Of a DNA stretch of 64,000 nucleotides, positions 60,938 to 64,000 are shown piece after piece. The notes under the pieces are model-generated. The model ran no database searches. It was given only the letters and a program-made list of their open reading frames with translations, and was not told where the DNA came from. The stretch is from the NCBI RefSeq assembly GCF_964213995.1, contig NW_027590173.1, positions 682,001-746,000 on the forward strand. The letters run 5' to 3'. The stretch comes from Mustelus asterias. Lineage: Eukaryota. The position numbers were made by a program, and so were the translations under genes. Every line of letters starts with the position of its first letter. Position 1 is the stretch's first letter.

Positions 60938-61026
60938 GACTGCGTGGCCTAATGGATAAGGCGTCTGACTTCGGTGATCATGACGATGATATCAGAAGAT
61001 TGCTGGTTCGAGTCCTGTCGCGGTCG
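60938..61026 (+). tRNA. tRNA-Arg(TCG) with a 16-nt intron (60975-60990)
   Basis: Body matches vertebrate Arg-TCG; insert TGATCATGACGATGAT exactly between positions 37 and 38; one T-stem mismatch. Confidence 0.85.
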
Positions 61027-61224
61027 CTTGATGCAGAAATCTGGCGGTGTTTCTGGAAAACCATGTTGGCTGTCGTCAGCTGAAAGTTCTGCATCTTTTT
61101 TGGAAACATTGCAGGGCGCCTTGTCAGAAAGTATTTCCTTGTTGTTTTGTTCATTCAATTTTCTCATATTAATTTATTGAGCTCCTAAGAAATCAATCTC
61201 ATCTGTGAAATCTTATTAAAACTT

Positions 61225-62686
61225 AAAAAAACAGCTAATGTGACGCCACTGTTTAAAAAAGGTCGACAAAAGGCAGGTAACTACAGGCCGGTTAGCTTTA
61301 CGTCCGTCGTTGGGAAATTGCTGGAATCCATCATTAAAAAAGAAATAGCAGGGCACCTGGAAAAAAATGGTTTGATCAAGCAGATGCAGCATGGATTCAT
61401 GAAGGGAAAGTCGTGTTTGACGAATTTACTGGATTTTTTTGAAGATGTAATGAGTGCGGTTGACAGAGGGGAACCGGTGGATGTGGTGTTTTTGGATTTC
61501 CAGAAGGTGTTCGATAAGGTGCCTCACAAAAGGTTGCTGCAGAAGATTAAGGTACATGGAGTTGGGGGTAAAGTGTTAGCGTGGATTGAGGCTTGGCCAT
61601 CGAACAGGAAGCAGAGAGTTGGAATAAATGGGTGCTGTTCTGGTTGGCAGTTGGTGACTAATGGCGTGCCGCAGGAATTGGTGCTGGGGCCTCAACTGTT
61701 TATCATATACAAAGATGATCTGGAGGAGGGGACCAAGTGTAGGGTAACAAAGTTTGCGGACGACACAAAGATGAGTGGGAAAACGAATTGCGTGGAGGAT
61801 GCAGAAAGTCTGCAGAGAGATTTGGATAGGCTAAGTGATTGGGTGAGGATCTGGCAGATGGAGTATAACGTTGACAAGTGCAAGGTTATCCACTTTGGAA
61901 GGAATGATAGTAAAATGGACTATTATTTAAATGGTGAAAAATTACAACATGCTACTGTGCAGAGGGACCTGGGGGTCCTTGTGCATGAATCGCAAAAACT
62001 CAGTTTGCAGGTGCAGCAGGTGATCAAGAAGGCAAATGGAATGTTGGTCTTTATCATGAAGGGGATGGAGTATAAAAGCAGGGAGGTCTTGCTGCAATTG
62101 TACAAGGTACTGGTGAGATCACAACTAGAGTACTGTGGGCAATTCTGGTCCCCTTATTTGCGGGAGGATATATTGGCCTTGGAGGGAGTACAGAGAAGGT
62201 TCACCAGGTTGATACCGGAGATGAGGGGGTTAGCTTATGAGGAGAGATTGAGTAGATTGGGCCTGTACACGTGGGAGTTTAGAAGGCTGAGGGGAGATCT
62301 TATGCAGACATATAAGATAATGAAGGGGCTAGACAGGGTAGAGGCAGAGAGATTCTTTCCACTTAGAAAGGAAACAAGAACTAGAGGACACAGCCTCAAA
62401 ATGAGGGGGAGTCAATTTAGAACAGAGTTGAGGAGGAACTTCTTCTCTCAGAGGGTCGTGAATCTCTGGAATTCTCTGCCCATTGAAGCAGTGGAGGCTA
62501 CCTTGTTAAATATGTTTAAGTCACAAATAGATAGATTTCTGATCAATAAGGGAATTAAGGGGTTTGGGAAGTGGGCGGGTAAGTGGAACGAAACCACTGT
62601 CAGATCAGCCATGATCTTATTGAATGGCGGGGCAGGCTCAAGGGGCTAGATGGCCGACTCCTGCTCCCATTTTTATGTTCTTATGG
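61225..62686 (+). mobile_element. CR1-clade LINE, 5'-truncated, 469-aa RT ORF
   Basis: ORF 61240-62649 NYRPVS..QHGF..DFQK.FD..FADDTK; TTATGTTCTTATG tail. Confidence 0.95.
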
Positions 62687-62819
62687 ATGCTCCCGAATGG
62701 AGCAACAGCTTTGCAGCAATAGGTTTAATAGAGTTTTGTGGGGGGAATTCTCATCTCCACAGGAAGAGGTTTAATAATGAACTGAACGAACTGTTTCTGT
62801 TTACAGGGATGAACGTCAA

Positions 62820-63190
62820 TGTCATTGGGCTGGTAATCCAGAGGCCCGCACTAATCTTTGCGGACACGGAGAGAATCCCACCATGGCAGCTGGTGAAATG
62901 TAAATTCACTGATTTGATCAATCTGGAATTGAAAAACTAATCTCAGTGATGGCCGCCTTGAAACTACTGTCAATTGTTGTAAAACCTTGTCTCGTTCACC
63001 AGTGCATTTTAGATAAAGAAGTCTGCCCTCCTTACCTGGTCTGGCCACATGTGCCTCCAGACACAGAGCAATGTAGGTGACTCTTACCTGCCCTCTGAAA
63101 TTGCCGAACAAGCCATTCTCACTTGAAGGGCAATTAGGGAAGGGCAACAAATGTTGTTCCTGCGGGTGACACCCATAGCCCATAAAAAGA
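62820..63190 (+). mobile_element. Deu-domain SINE, degenerate
   Basis: CCATGGCAGCTGGTGAAAT..CCTTACCTGGTCTGGCC..CAGCAATGT-like core. Confidence 0.7.
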
Positions 63191-63454
63191 AGTATCCTCA
63201 AGAACAAAGGAAAGGCCTGGTAAAGTTTTGACTGTTTGCATCTTTCTTTTCTTGTAATAACAAGGCTGAGGGGTGGCCTGATGCTGGGCTTTAAATCAGT
63301 GAAAGGTTTTGAAAAAATTCATTTCGATAAAATAGGCCAGAGAAGGGAAGATAAGAATGTATCTCACTCTCATACATGTCGTTGACAGTTGGTGATATTA
63401 GCACAATGATGTAACTGCTCCAGTGTATCAGCGAATCCTAAGAGTGTGAGAGAA

Positions 63455-63790
63455 ATTCCATCAGCAATGCTTCACCGACGTCCTCCAGATTGAAGCGAGG
63501 CAGCATTCATGCTGATGACTGGGAGTTTGTTACTCATCCTTCAAAATGGCCAAAACCAGTCCCCCAAGCTGCAGCACGCTTTGAGTCACAAGATCTTAAT
63601 GATGAGGCAGAATGGCGGCAGAGAAGAAAGAAACAGGAAGCAAATCCTGCACTCCGGATCCCACCGTCTCGTCGGACATCCTGTCCCATGTGTCCAAAGA
63701 TCTGTGGGCCGAGAATCGCCCTGTTCACTCATAGGAGAAACTCACGGCCCTGAGTGGATGCCATCCTCGAATCAAACGACAGACAGCGAT
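63455..63790 (+). mobile_element. RTE-clade LINE C-terminal fragment
   Basis: ORF 63490-63753 ends CPMCPKICGPRIALFTHRR, the CxxC..RIGL.SH motif of RTE ORF ends. Confidence 0.65.
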
Positions 63791-64000
63791 AACAACTGTT
63801 TGCTACAAAATAACTGTCATTAAAAGCCACGTCAAACATTAGTATTGTTAAAACTTCCCACCGCCAACAGAATGTGAACAATTCTTGCCTGTTGTGTCCC
63901 TCTCTAATCTGTGAGCTTTGCTCTACCCGAGTGTGCTGACATCTACTGGCCGGAAAACAGACCTTCAACAGAGGGAAGATATTCACATCAATTTTCGGTG

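Overview
Vertebrate nuclear DNA, most likely from a cartilaginous fish. This is inferred from HE1-type V-SINEs, Deu-domain SINEs and abundant CR1/HER1-like LINEs. It contains one compact replication-dependent histone cluster (H2A +, H3.2 -, H4 -, H1 -; 9.2-15.1 kb), with every gene ending in a 3' stem-loop, but no intact H2B. Relics of a second histone locus lie at 56-59 kb: a decayed H2B and an H1 promoter with no coding sequence. About 15 tRNA genes or pseudogenes are scattered through the window, and only Ser-TGA, Ser-GCT and an intron-containing Arg-TCG look near-intact. The rest is mostly nested retroelements: CR1, Rex1/Babar, Tx1-like, L2, RTE, Penelope-like termini with hammerhead motifs, a solo LTR, SINEs and minisatellites. 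The most unusual items are: (1) a ~320-bp poly(A)-tailed, TSD-flanked retroposon built from two U2 snRNA 5' fragments, a candidate U2-derived SINE; (2) a tRNA-Arg(TCG) with a canonical 16-nt intron; (3) a young LINE tail that splits the H4 promoter element next to the TATA box; (4) several locally templated insertions. All calls were made by eye, and repeat boundaries are approximate.
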